Shown here: positions 34,742-44,070 of the stretch, piece after piece
Numbering within the stretch: the first letter of the stretch is position 1
Layout of the letters: each line of letters opens with the position of its first letter
From: Oligoflexia bacterium
GTDB taxonomy: Bacteria; Bdellovibrionota; Bdellovibrionia; JABDDW01
Assembly (NCBI GenBank): GCA_034439615.1
Contig: JAWXAT010000047.1
Coordinates: 133,984-197,983 of the forward strand
Reading direction: 5' to 3'
Length of the DNA: 64,000 nt
The notes under the pieces: model-generated
What the model saw: only the letters and a program-made list of their open reading frames with translations
The model's database searches: none
What the model was told of the DNA's origin: nothing
Made by a program: the position numbers and the translations under genes

Positions 34742-35425
34742 ATGAAAACTAAACTGACACTATTTTTATCTCTATTTATTCTGGCCCTGGGCTTGGCAGC
34801 CCCTTATGCAAGTGCGTCGATTCCTGATCGAGCACGTTCTATTGATCTTAAAGTTGTACCCATCTATTCAGTCAGAAAGCCTTTGATTAATAAAGAAGTC
34901 ATTAATCAGTACTTTCCGCCATTAACTCCTACGAATAATGAAAAAGTAGTGGCTCTACAATTTAGAGATGGCGTAGGACAAAAAGTTTTAGAAAACCTCG
35001 TTAATGGAGAATATTTTAAACAAACTCCGATTGGTAAAATTGCAACTCAGATACAATCAGTCACACAGACCACTCTTGTGCTTTCAAAACCTGCGAAATC
35101 TGAACCAGAACCTGAAAAAAATTCGGATTTTGTTGATTCCCAAGAATCAAGTGCAACAGATCAGACTGCACCAGCAGAGACCCAAGCAAATGCGAATGAC
35201 ATCATCCATACTATAAATTTTAATATTAGAGCCCTTGAACATCGCGCCATTCTCACATACACGGGTTGGCTTTCATCAAATCTCACCTACACAATGGATG
35301 ACAAATCTCTTCTCACCGAAATTTCAAAACCAATTACACAAAGTACAACATTATCATTGAGCAATAAATCGGTTGTAGGGCAATTCTTGCCTGAAGGCAC
35401 ACTCTACATCACCTACATTTTCTAA
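34742..35425 (+). CDS. hypothetical secreted protein
   Basis: It has a signal peptide (LFILALGLAAPYASA) and a strong SD (AGGAGGAGG). I recognise no motif. Confidence 0.6.
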   Translation: MKTKLTLFLSLFILALGLAAPYASASIPDRARSIDLKVVPIYSVRKPLINKEVINQYFPPLTPTNNEKVVALQFRDGVGQKVLENLVNGEYFKQTPIGKIATQIQSVTQTTLVLSKPAKSEPEPEKNSDFVDSQESSATDQTAPAETQANANDIIHTINFNIRALEHRAILTYTGWLSSNLTYTMDDKSLLTEISKPITQSTTLSLSNKSVVGQFLPEGTLYITYIF

Positions 35426-35505
35426 ACTCCCCTAGACACCCATCAAAAAATAAAGGACATTATCCAACGGTTATATCTGTGTCTTTTTCAAAAGGACCAA
35501 AATTT

Positions 35506-36570
35506 ATGAATACACAAGTAGGATTAAAACAATTTCGTAACAATGGCTGCGTTTCTTATTTGATTTACGATCGTCAAACAAAAGAAACCGTAGTGATAGA
35601 CCCTGATGCCACATTACTTGATGAATACGCGCATTTTCTCAGTCACTCTGAGCTTAAACCAATTTGGGTTTTAGATACTCATATTCATGCAGATCATTTC
35701 TCTGCGACCCATCTCTTTGGTCAAGAATTTCAATCTGAAATCGGAATGTCTCACCTCACACAAAGTAAAAGACCCACAAAATTTCTCAAAACTGGTGACA
35801 AAATAAATTTTGGAGCCCATGAACTCACCGTTCTTGAGACTCCAGGACATACACCTGATTCTCTTTCATTCATCGGAGACGGCATTGTCTTCACTGGGGA
35901 CTCACTTTTTATTGGCTCAACTGGCCGCACCGATTTTCCGGGCGCTGATGCTTCTCAACAGTGGGAAAGTATTCATAAAATTTTTGAACAATTACCTAAA
36001 TCGACAGTTGTTTTACCAGCGCATGATTACAACGATTATCTTTTTTCGACTTTAGAAGTAGAAATACAAAAAAATGCACACCTCTTAAAATCAAAAGAAG
36101 AATTCATCTCGTTTAAAAAATTAGAATCTATCGTCGCATCTGATGATGAGATTAAAAAAAGAATTGAATTTAATTTAGCTAAAAACCCAACTCCACCAGA
36201 AGTTATGGGTGAATGCGCGACCTCTTGTGGAATGCCAAGTAAAGACACCGTAAGTTTTAAGAATATTGGCCCACAAGAATACCTACCCGTTATCAAAGAA
36301 AAAGCAGATGGTGTGGCCTTTATCGATGTTCGTGAGGCTGAGGAATTTGAGGCTGGGCATATTCCGGGTACACAAAATATACCCATGTCAGAGCTTGGTT
36401 TACACCTATCTGAGCTACGCAAATCGACTAAAATTTATATGTCATGTCTCTCCGGTGGGCGCAGCTCATATACTTCTAAGACATTGAGTTATCTCGGATT
36501 TTCAGACGTAACGAACATCAGCGGCGGATTCCGTGGATGGGTCATGACGGGACTACCAATAGAAAAATAA
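35506..36570 (+). CDS. persulfide dioxygenase (ETHE1-like MBL fold) fused to rhodanese domain
   Basis: It has DTHIHADHFS, TPGHTPDS and a C-terminal rhodanese domain with active-site loop CLSGGRS. The start is ATG 35506 (AAGGA SD). Confidence 0.85.
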   Translation: MNTQVGLKQFRNNGCVSYLIYDRQTKETVVIDPDATLLDEYAHFLSHSELKPIWVLDTHIHADHFSATHLFGQEFQSEIGMSHLTQSKRPTKFLKTGDKINFGAHELTVLETPGHTPDSLSFIGDGIVFTGDSLFIGSTGRTDFPGADASQQWESIHKIFEQLPKSTVVLPAHDYNDYLFSTLEVEIQKNAHLLKSKEEFISFKKLESIVASDDEIKKRIEFNLAKNPTPPEVMGECATSCGMPSKDTVSFKNIGPQEYLPVIKEKADGVAFIDVREAEEFEAGHIPGTQNIPMSELGLHLSELRKSTKIYMSCLSGGRSSYTSKTLSYLGFSDVTNISGGFRGWVMTGLPIEK

Positions 36571-36673
36571 CTCGCAGCTTAATTGTCTTGCAGGTCTACT
36601 TTATTCCCGCTAAATTCCCGCTGTAGATGGACATATTGGGTAGATCGTTACCCAATATTTAAGGGAGGTATTT

Positions 36674-37135
36674 ATGAAAACACTAATTCTTAGTTTAACA
36701 CTTACATTATTATTTTCTACAGCAGTTCAGGCTGAACAACTTATTGTGGTTGAATGTCGAAGTTCAAACAACAAAGTTAAATTACACGTAACTTCAAATG
36801 CCGGTAATACAAATTTAAATTTATTTGTAAATGAACAGGCTTCAAGAGATTTAAAACTCGACGATTATTCAAAATTTGCAAAAAATAAATTATACACATC
36901 ACAAGATCTTGCAAATACTCAGCGTCAACAGAACTCACTTGTTGTACTTAGTGTTCCACGAGATGTGTCTTTTTCAACTGGAGAAAAATTTCGCGCCAGC
37001 TTAGAAAATCGTGATTACGATTACGACTATTACCACGGTCTCTATCGTTATGTTGACGCTGGCCCATTAGCAAACGGTTATGTAATCCGTCGCTGGGGTT
37101 CAGATACACGATTGAAATGTGTTGTTAAAAATTAA
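36674..37135 (+). CDS. hypothetical secreted protein
   Basis: It has a signal peptide (LLFSTAVQA) and GGGAGG SD, and is followed by a terminator. Confidence 0.55.
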   Translation: MKTLILSLTLTLLFSTAVQAEQLIVVECRSSNNKVKLHVTSNAGNTNLNLFVNEQASRDLKLDDYSKFAKNKLYTSQDLANTQRQQNSLVVLSVPRDVSFSTGEKFRASLENRDYDYDYYHGLYRYVDAGPLANGYVIRRWGSDTRLKCVVKN

Positions 37136-37175
37136 ATTTAGTTAGTTATTCTAATTTTACAAAGAACTTAAATTG

Positions 37176-37207
37176 AAAAGCCCCGTTGGAAACGATGGGG
37201 TTTTTTA
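37176..37207. terminator. bidirectional Rho-independent terminator between convergent genes
   Basis: An 8-bp stem pairs CCCCGTTG with CGATGGGG around a GAAA tetraloop, flanked by AAAAG upstream and TTTTTT downstream. Confidence 0.8.
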
Positions 37208-37216
37208 TTGATTACT

Positions 37217-37858
37217 TTACTTCATTTCCGTGTGCACGATAACTCCAGGTCGAGCACCTCGTACCGCGCGTAAGAAAAAACGTCTTTTTCTAAGGTCATC
37301 CTTGAACCACCAAAGTTCTTTTGGCTCTACATTGTTTTGCGAAAGTACACACAATGCCTCTGCCAATCTTTCTGTAGGAAAAACACAATAAAGCTCGCCT
37401 CCAGTTTTTAATAATCTTTTTGCTCCACGTGCCCATAAATTTAAACTTAAGGTACTATCGTGCCTTGCGAGCTGATCTTGTTTATTCTTATTAACAGGCC
37501 CTGAACCTTCAACAAAAAATGGCGGGTTAATAACGAATCGATGAAAGAGATCCCAGTTCATTTTATTTTTAAAAAATGTACTAGCTGATATTTTTTTAGC
37601 CTCAGCTTTTTCACCGTAAGATTCTAAGTTTTGTTGAGCTACTTTCACAGCTTCACTGACGATATCAATAGCCAAAACCTTCGTCGCTTTTTTGTGAATG
37701 AGCATATCGTAAGCAATGATTCCATCACCACAGCCCACATCGATGGCATAAACTAAACGATTACCCTTACCAATGCCTTTCATTAAACGCACAAGCTGAC
37801 ACCCATCTTGGGTGTGTCTTTTTTGTCCTGATTGAAATTTCCAGTCAGTTTTATACAT
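37217..37858 (-). CDS. N6-adenine methyltransferase, tRNA1(Val) m6A37 (YfiC/TrmN6)-like
   Basis: It has IDVGCGDGIIA (SAM motif I) and FVINPPFF (motif IV NPPF). Confidence 0.7.
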   Translation of the reverse strand: MYKTDWKFQSGQKRHTQDGCQLVRLMKGIGKGNRLVYAIDVGCGDGIIAYDMLIHKKATKVLAIDIVSEAVKVAQQNLESYGEKAEAKKISASTFFKNKMNWDLFHRFVINPPFFVEGSGPVNKNKQDQLARHDSTLSLNLWARGAKRLLKTGGELYCVFPTERLAEALCVLSQNNVEPKELWWFKDDLRKRRFFLRAVRGARPGVIVHTEMK

Positions 37859-37859
37859 C

Positions 37860-39116
37860 TTAAAACTTATTGATTATGAGGCCTGATGGAATTTTGGGAT
37901 AAAAGAATGTGGATTTGTGAGGCATCTTGCCGAACTTATGCGCGACCGCCATTACATCATCACATGTCGTGGGGCGTACTAGAAAACCAACTTGGAATTC
38001 GCTTTTCTTTAGACGGTCTTCAAATTCAGAAATGCTTTTGACATAGGCTATGTCTTCTTCTTTTGGAGAACCCATAAGCTCTAATATATTTTCATGAAGA
38101 AGTTCTAAATCAAGTTTCCCGCTTTTTAATAAATCTGATGTGCGCTTAAGACGCATCAGATGATAACCACCATCAGAGAGCATCACTCCAAAGGCTGTTG
38201 TCGGAGAAAGTTTTAGTTGTGTTTCAATATCACCTAATGTGGCAACCGGTGTGATTTCAAAATCTTGTTCAAATGTACTGAGAAAAGAATCTTTACTGAA
38301 ATTTTTAAGCCCTTTTACCAAGCGATGAGTTGGCAAAATCACAGTACCTGGTTGTTTAAACGAGCAGATATTTGCCAAAACATATTTCTGACTTTCTTTT
38401 TCACCTTGATGATCTTTAAAAAACTTCAATGCTGTTTCGTAGCGATGATGTCCGTCTAAAATATAAAACTTCTGATTACCCAAAGTTTTTTCTACATCTT
38501 TGATAATCTCGACATCAGTTATATTCCACAACTTATGTTCCACACCCATATTATCCGTAAACGAATAAAGTGGCTCCTTACCTGCGACGATTTTTTCAAA
38601 TTCATCTCCGCTAAATCGTGGGGAATCATAACCTAAAAAAACAGGCTCCATATTGCCTTGGGCTGATTCCATCAACTGGTAGCGATCTGCTTTTGGCCCT
38701 GCGAATGTTTTTTCGTGTGGCAAAATAACTTTGTTTTCGTAATCTTCTAATCCAACACGACAAAAAATACCCGTACGACTCAAAGTGCCGTTTTTCATAC
38801 TCGCAGGTGGAATGTCTTGGCAAAACAACTCATAGCGATCGAGTTTAAATTCTTGCTTGTAAAAATAAAGGCTCGGTTTTTGATCTTGAATTAAGGCACC
38901 TTGCTCCATCCATTGCTTGACGTTTTCAGAGGCTTTTTGATGTTTGTTTTCACCTTCGGCTAAAATCACATGTGAAAAATTCCAGGAACTCATTTGTTTC
39001 ATATTTTTTAATTCAACAGGGGAAATCACGTCATAAGGAGGAACAACAACCTTGGCGAGGCTGCCGACTTTTTGCGTGTCGTAGCGCCAAGCTTGAAACG
39101 GTTTTACTACTGCCAT
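37860..39116 (-). CDS. DUF1015-family protein
   Basis: It has MAVVKPFQAWRYD...PPYDVIS... and ILDGHHRYETAL, the characteristic DUF1015 motifs. Confidence 0.75.
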   Translation of the reverse strand: MAVVKPFQAWRYDTQKVGSLAKVVVPPYDVISPVELKNMKQMSSWNFSHVILAEGENKHQKASENVKQWMEQGALIQDQKPSLYFYKQEFKLDRYELFCQDIPPASMKNGTLSRTGIFCRVGLEDYENKVILPHEKTFAGPKADRYQLMESAQGNMEPVFLGYDSPRFSGDEFEKIVAGKEPLYSFTDNMGVEHKLWNITDVEIIKDVEKTLGNQKFYILDGHHRYETALKFFKDHQGEKESQKYVLANICSFKQPGTVILPTHRLVKGLKNFSKDSFLSTFEQDFEITPVATLGDIETQLKLSPTTAFGVMLSDGGYHLMRLKRTSDLLKSGKLDLELLHENILELMGSPKEEDIAYVKSISEFEDRLKKSEFQVGFLVRPTTCDDVMAVAHKFGKMPHKSTFFYPKIPSGLIINKF

Positions 39117-39120
39117 TTTT

Positions 39121-40383
39121 TTAATCCTTTGTTTTTTCTGCTATATCTTTTCGAAAATGCATTCCTTCAAACTGAACACTTTTGATTATTTGGTAGGCTT
39201 TTTTTCTGGCTGCGGCAACTGTTTTGTCTATTCCGATTGCATTTAAAACACGACCACCCGCCGTAAGGTAGCCATTATTAGCAATCGTACTTGCATGAAG
39301 AAGATATCGAGACTCATCTGGCTTCACTATTTTTTTATCAATGGTAAATCGAATATTTTTTTGTGGTGTATCGGGATAACCAGGCGCCGTAATTACGACA
39401 CACACAGCAGCTTGGTTTTTCCATTTCAATTTTGGAATTTCGCCATTGGCAACTTTTAAAAATACTTCAGCCCAATTCCCGTCAAGCAGTGGCAAAAGTA
39501 CTTGAGCTTCAGGGTCACCAAAGCGCACATTATATTCCAAAACAAAAGGCCCAGCTTTTGTCATCATCACACCGATATATAAAACCCCACGATAATCAAT
39601 CTTGTCAGCCTTAAGACCTTCAAGTGTGGGAATAATAATCTTTTCTTCTAATTTTTTAAGATGTTTACTCCACTGTTTCACAGGTGCAAACGCACCCATT
39701 CCACCAGTATTTGGGCCTTTATTTTTATCATGAAGTCGCTTGTGATCTTGGCTTACTGGCAAGAGAACGTATTTGCCCCCAGCAATTAAAAGCATGAGGC
39801 TTAGTTCTTCGCCCTTAAGATGTTCTTCAAGTAATACTTTTTGAGCGGCCTTACCTAAAGTTTTTGTCTCAAAAAAATCATGCAAACATTTTTTAAGTTC
39901 AACTTGTGATTCACAAATGCGCACACCTTTTCCAGAGGCCAAACCATCGGCTTTGACCACCCACGGTGCTTGAAATTTTTCAGCGGCAGCGGCTTCAACT
40001 TCTAATGCCGTGGTGCAGATCACTGCATTTGCAGTTGGAATTTTATGCTTAAGCATAAATTCTTTAGAAAAAACCTTGCTCGTTTCTAATCGTGAGGCCG
40101 CAAGTGAAGGGCCAAATACATTAAAGCGTTGGTTTCGCAATGCATCACTTACTCCCGCCGCTAACGGAGCTTCAGGGCCAATGACAATAAGATCTGGTTT
40201 GATTCGTTTTGCTAAATCAAGAGCAGTTCTTAAATCATTGGGGTCTGTGAGATAGCAAGTTGCATCCAGTGAAATACCAGGATTTCCAGGAGCACAGCTG
40301 ACTTGTTTTACTTTTGGGGAGTGCTTCAGAGCTTTTACAAGTGCGTGCTCTCGACCGCCTCCACCGAGTACTAATATGTTCAT
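39121..40383 (-). CDS. purD: phosphoribosylamine--glycine ligase PurD
   Basis: It has MNILVLGGGGREHAL..., an ATP-grasp core and ...EYNVRFGDPE. Confidence 0.95.
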   Translation of the reverse strand: MNILVLGGGGREHALVKALKHSPKVKQVSCAPGNPGISLDATCYLTDPNDLRTALDLAKRIKPDLIVIGPEAPLAAGVSDALRNQRFNVFGPSLAASRLETSKVFSKEFMLKHKIPTANAVICTTALEVEAAAAEKFQAPWVVKADGLASGKGVRICESQVELKKCLHDFFETKTLGKAAQKVLLEEHLKGEELSLMLLIAGGKYVLLPVSQDHKRLHDKNKGPNTGGMGAFAPVKQWSKHLKKLEEKIIIPTLEGLKADKIDYRGVLYIGVMMTKAGPFVLEYNVRFGDPEAQVLLPLLDGNWAEVFLKVANGEIPKLKWKNQAAVCVVITAPGYPDTPQKNIRFTIDKKIVKPDESRYLLHASTIANNGYLTAGGRVLNAIGIDKTVAAARKKAYQIIKSVQFEGMHFRKDIAEKTKD

Positions 40384-40521
40384 GCTTTAAAACTATCTTA
40401 TCAAATTGCGATACTGTCAATTGACCAAAGCTCTGCGTTATCATTACTCTTGCAATTTATAGGGCTACTTTTAATAAAACCGCCATAAATTATAGGGCGC
40501 TCATAACCTAAGGATCAAAAA

Positions 40522-41700
40522 ATGGACGACATTGTCATAGTTTCCGCAAAACGAACACCTTTTGGAGCTTTTGGTGGAACCCTCAAAAATTTCACAGCCA
40601 CAGACCTCGGGGTTGCCGCAAGCCAGGCCGCAATTAAACAAGCCGGTGTTTCGCCCAATGACATTGATCATGTGGTTTTTGGAAACGTCGTACAAAGCAA
40701 TGTGGATTCTATCTATTCACCAAGACATATTGGTCTTCGATGCGCAATTCCAGAGCACGTTGGAGCATTAGGCCTTAATCGCCTCTGCGGAAGTGGTTTT
40801 CAAGCGATCACCACTGCAGCGCAGATGATCATGACAGGTGAAGCCACCATGGTTTTAGCTGGAGGCACCGAGAGCATGTCAACCGTGCCATACATCGTAC
40901 GTAATGCACGTTTTGGCTATCGTATGGGCCCTGGAGAATTCGAAGACTACCTCACAGCAGCACTGGTTGATCTGTATGCGGGTACTCCCATGGCCATCAC
41001 AGCCGAAAACCTTGCCACAAAGTATGGCATCACACGTCTTCAAGTTGATGAATATTCTTTGCTCTCACAAAAACGCTGCAAAGCTGGAATCGAAAAAGGA
41101 GTTTTTGCTGACGAACTCACAACAGTTGAAGTACCTGATAAAAAAGGGCCGATTCAATTTTCAAAAGACGAACATCCCAGACCCGATGTCACCATTGAAG
41201 CATTGGCAAAACTAAAACCTGTATTTAAAAAAGATGGAATCGTAACCGCAGCAGGGTCATCTGGAATCGTTGACGGTGCCGCTGCAGTTATTGTGACATC
41301 AGCAAAACTTGCAGAGAAAAAAGGCCTCAAACCACTGGCGCGTCTTGTCTCTTGGGCCAGTGTGGGTTGTGATCCAAAAATCATGGGCATAGGCCCCGCC
41401 CCCGCATCACGTAAAGCATTAGAGATCGCAGGTAAAAAATTAAGCGATATGAATCTTATCGAAGTAAATGAAGCCTTTGCAGCTCAATATCTTGCCGTTG
41501 AAAAAGAACTAGAACTTAATCGTGAAATAACCAACGTCAATGGCGGCGCAATTGCTATTGGTCATCCCCTGGCAGCTTCAGGCACAAGACTCACCATGCA
41601 TTTGATTTATGAACTTAGACGACGTAAACAAAAGTATGGTTTGGGTTCAGCATGTATCGGTGGCGGACAAGGTATTGCTGTTGTTTTAGAAGCATTCTAA
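40522..41700 (+). CDS. acetyl-CoA C-acetyltransferase (thiolase II)
   Basis: It has LNRLCGSGFQAI (active-site Cys), NVNGGAIAIGHPLGASG-like sequence and CIGGGQG. Confidence 0.93.
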   Translation: MDDIVIVSAKRTPFGAFGGTLKNFTATDLGVAASQAAIKQAGVSPNDIDHVVFGNVVQSNVDSIYSPRHIGLRCAIPEHVGALGLNRLCGSGFQAITTAAQMIMTGEATMVLAGGTESMSTVPYIVRNARFGYRMGPGEFEDYLTAALVDLYAGTPMAITAENLATKYGITRLQVDEYSLLSQKRCKAGIEKGVFADELTTVEVPDKKGPIQFSKDEHPRPDVTIEALAKLKPVFKKDGIVTAAGSSGIVDGAAAVIVTSAKLAEKKGLKPLARLVSWASVGCDPKIMGIGPAPASRKALEIAGKKLSDMNLIEVNEAFAAQYLAVEKELELNREITNVNGGAIAIGHPLAASGTRLTMHLIYELRRRKQKYGLGSACIGGGQGIAVVLEAF

Positions 41701-41720
41701 TTTAAACGAGGAACTCATCA

Positions 41721-42503
41721 ATGATTAAACTTAAAGATAAAACATTTGTAATTACTGGCGGAACAAGTGATGTGGGTCGAGCACTGGCTTTAAACCTCAC
41801 CAGTCTTGGTGCAGACATCGCAATTCTTGATAAAAACCCTGAGAAGGCTCGTAGAATCGTTGATGAAATATCTGAAACTCGCGAGGTCAAAGAATCTTTC
41901 GGAAAAGCAGCGTATTTTGAAGTTAATCTTACGGATCATAAAGCCGTAAAAGAAGCAGTCAGTAAAGCGGCAGAAACTTTTGGCGGAATCGATGTTCTTA
42001 TCGGAGGGCTTTTTACATCAAAAGTTTCTTTGATCAATTCTCCTGACTATTTAGAAGAATTTGAGCGCATGATTGACATTAATACTAAGAGCGCTGTTTA
42101 CACCACACAAGCCATTGTACCCTTTATGCGTGGTCGTAAACGTGGAAAAATTATTTATCTCATATCTGATTTAGTTCGCTGGGGCTCTGAAGGCGAATCC
42201 ATTTTAGCGATCAGTCGCGGTGGGATTATTTACTACGCAAGATCATTAGCTCGTGAATTAGCTTCATCCAATATTGCGGTGAATTGTGTGGCCATGGGCC
42301 CCACAGAAGATTACTTACTTGCGCGAGATCCAAGTGCTTCAAGTATTAAAGTCACAGAAGAAAAATTATTAGCAGCAATGCCCATGGGAAGAACTTTGCG
42401 AGCAGACGAAATCGCCCAAGTAGTAACTTTTCTTTCAAGCCCACTAGCTGATGCCGTCACAGGGCAAACCTGGTCAGTTAACGGTGGTCTAACAATGTTT
42501 TAA
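41721..42503 (+). CDS. SDR-family oxidoreductase
   Basis: It has ITGGTSDVGRA (TGxxxGxG-like) and a short-chain dehydrogenase layout, ending ...GQTWSVNGG. Confidence 0.8.
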   Translation: MIKLKDKTFVITGGTSDVGRALALNLTSLGADIAILDKNPEKARRIVDEISETREVKESFGKAAYFEVNLTDHKAVKEAVSKAAETFGGIDVLIGGLFTSKVSLINSPDYLEEFERMIDINTKSAVYTTQAIVPFMRGRKRGKIIYLISDLVRWGSEGESILAISRGGIIYYARSLARELASSNIAVNCVAMGPTEDYLLARDPSASSIKVTEEKLLAAMPMGRTLRADEIAQVVTFLSSPLADAVTGQTWSVNGGLTMF

Positions 42504-42534
42504 TTTTACCAAGAGTAAATTACTAAGTTGGCTG

Positions 42535-43278
42535 TTATGGATCCAAAATCATAATCTGAACAGAATTTGAAGTAGGAACAAAAATAACGTTTTCACCTTT
42601 ACTCAATTCCCCAATCATACGCCATAATTCTTCTTTGAAATTCAACCCATACTTTTTTAGTTCTTGCTGTGCTACTTTCTCGTTTGCCCGAACTGCTGTT
42701 ATTACATCAGAAATTAGTTTTCTACGTAAGTTTGCGAGCTCACTGCTTTTTCTTACAGTCGATAGGGGTAACATTTCTGCATAATCTTCATGGGCAAAAT
42801 ATGGTTTTACAATCACCAATTTTTTTAAATCAAATGCAGTAATTGGAACAATCGGGAAACCTAAATCTTGTATAATTTTTGTGAGTGCAATCTCTCTTAA
42901 AAAAGAAGTTTTATATTTACCGTCATATATTTTAACAATTTGATTTCCATCAGCCAGATGAACTCGAGAGATATTATCATTCCCTTTTGAAAGTGGATGA
43001 TCTTCATATCGGTAAGTCTTTTCGTTTATTTCAATAAAAGTGCGCTCTAATTTCGCTCCGCTAAACCTCATTTGGCCTTCACTGGTTTGATTAGAAGAGT
43101 TTTTCCCAAACGTTTTTTCTGCTTGTGTTGTGTGGTAAAGCTCATACAAAGCCGAAGCACAACTGGCGTGTGCCTCTTGATTTAAAATCGCAGAAAACAC
43201 TGTCAAAAGAACCATCAAAGTGACGTTAATACGCCCTCTAATAACCTTATGAGCATCCTGTAGTTTTTGATTATCCAT
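42535..43278 (-). CDS. hypothetical secreted protein (weak kinase-like N-lobe resemblance)
   Basis: The signal peptide ends in AHA. The stretch VKIYDGKYKTSFLREIALTKIIQDLGFPIVPI resembles a kinase N-lobe, but I see no clear catalytic loop. Confidence 0.5.
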   Translation of the reverse strand: MDNQKLQDAHKVIRGRINVTLMVLLTVFSAILNQEAHASCASALYELYHTTQAEKTFGKNSSNQTSEGQMRFSGAKLERTFIEINEKTYRYEDHPLSKGNDNISRVHLADGNQIVKIYDGKYKTSFLREIALTKIIQDLGFPIVPITAFDLKKLVIVKPYFAHEDYAEMLPLSTVRKSSELANLRRKLISDVITAVRANEKVAQQELKKYGLNFKEELWRMIGELSKGENVIFVPTSNSVQIMILDP

Positions 43279-43351
43279 GGGATTGATCTATGGAATTAAC
43301 ATGCCAAACAACTACGGCACGCACATTGCTTTGTAAATGACTGGAGTTGCC

Positions 43352-43990
43352 ATGCAGAAAATTAAGAGAGTCACACCTCGGGTTTCAATTATCACAAGCC
43401 TATTTTGGGCTTTAATTTTTTTAACTGCAAATCAAGTTTGGGCTTCAAGCTCAAGACCCATCGATTCTATTTTATATAACATTTCAACAACCACTGAAGA
43501 TCAATTGACACTCGTGCAAGGAAACAACAACTCTAAAACTCCAGTACTGAATTTAGGCCCGGCAGAAACATTACTTGTAAATGCAACGTGGAGTTTTATT
43601 CAAACTCAAAAACGCGTTTGGAATTGGGAGTATGATCCACCAAGCAGAATAGCGCATTATTGTGTAAATGAATGCGCTTGTGTAACCGAGGAAATTGGAA
43701 CAGCGCTTAAAGTAAGTTTTCCAGGAATTAAAATTTATACCCTGCGCACTGCAAGAACGGTTAATAAACTCATGGGAGTTCAGGTTTTAGTAGGTGATGC
43801 AAAATTCATCGCAAATTGGGATTACCATATTGCGCTACTCGTTGGAAACAATGACGGCCAATGGGGTGTAATTGACCCCATTATATTTTCAGATCAAAAA
43901 CCACACGCATTATCAGAATGGTTTGGACGCTTTCTTCAACCCAACCAAACTTTTATTCTTCAAAAACTGACCCCTGCCTTAATTCAGTGA
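43352..43990 (+). CDS. secreted protein-glutamine glutaminase (deamidase)-like protein
   Basis: The signal peptide ends in VWASS. NECACVTEE...ANWDYHIALLVGNNDGQWGVIDPIIFS parallels my memory of Chryseobacterium protein-glutaminase (DGCYARAH...AWSYHVAILV...RIIDPSLFS), which gives a Cys-His-Asp triad. Confidence 0.6.
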   Translation: MQKIKRVTPRVSIITSLFWALIFLTANQVWASSSRPIDSILYNISTTTEDQLTLVQGNNNSKTPVLNLGPAETLLVNATWSFIQTQKRVWNWEYDPPSRIAHYCVNECACVTEEIGTALKVSFPGIKIYTLRTARTVNKLMGVQVLVGDAKFIANWDYHIALLVGNNDGQWGVIDPIIFSDQKPHALSEWFGRFLQPNQTFILQKLTPALIQ

Positions 43991-44070
43991 TTGTACGGCT
44001 TTACTTTTTACCCTGCCAATGCAATAAAAGATCGTTCGCAAACATATAGAAATACAGGGGTACTCATCCT

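Noticed and set aside
34516-34752. 78-aa Cys/Arg/Pro-rich ORF upstream of the 34742 gene.
   Set aside because: It overlaps the GC-rich palindromic block and the sigma54 promoter, runs into the next gene's start, and lacks an SD. It is more parsimoniously regulatory DNA.
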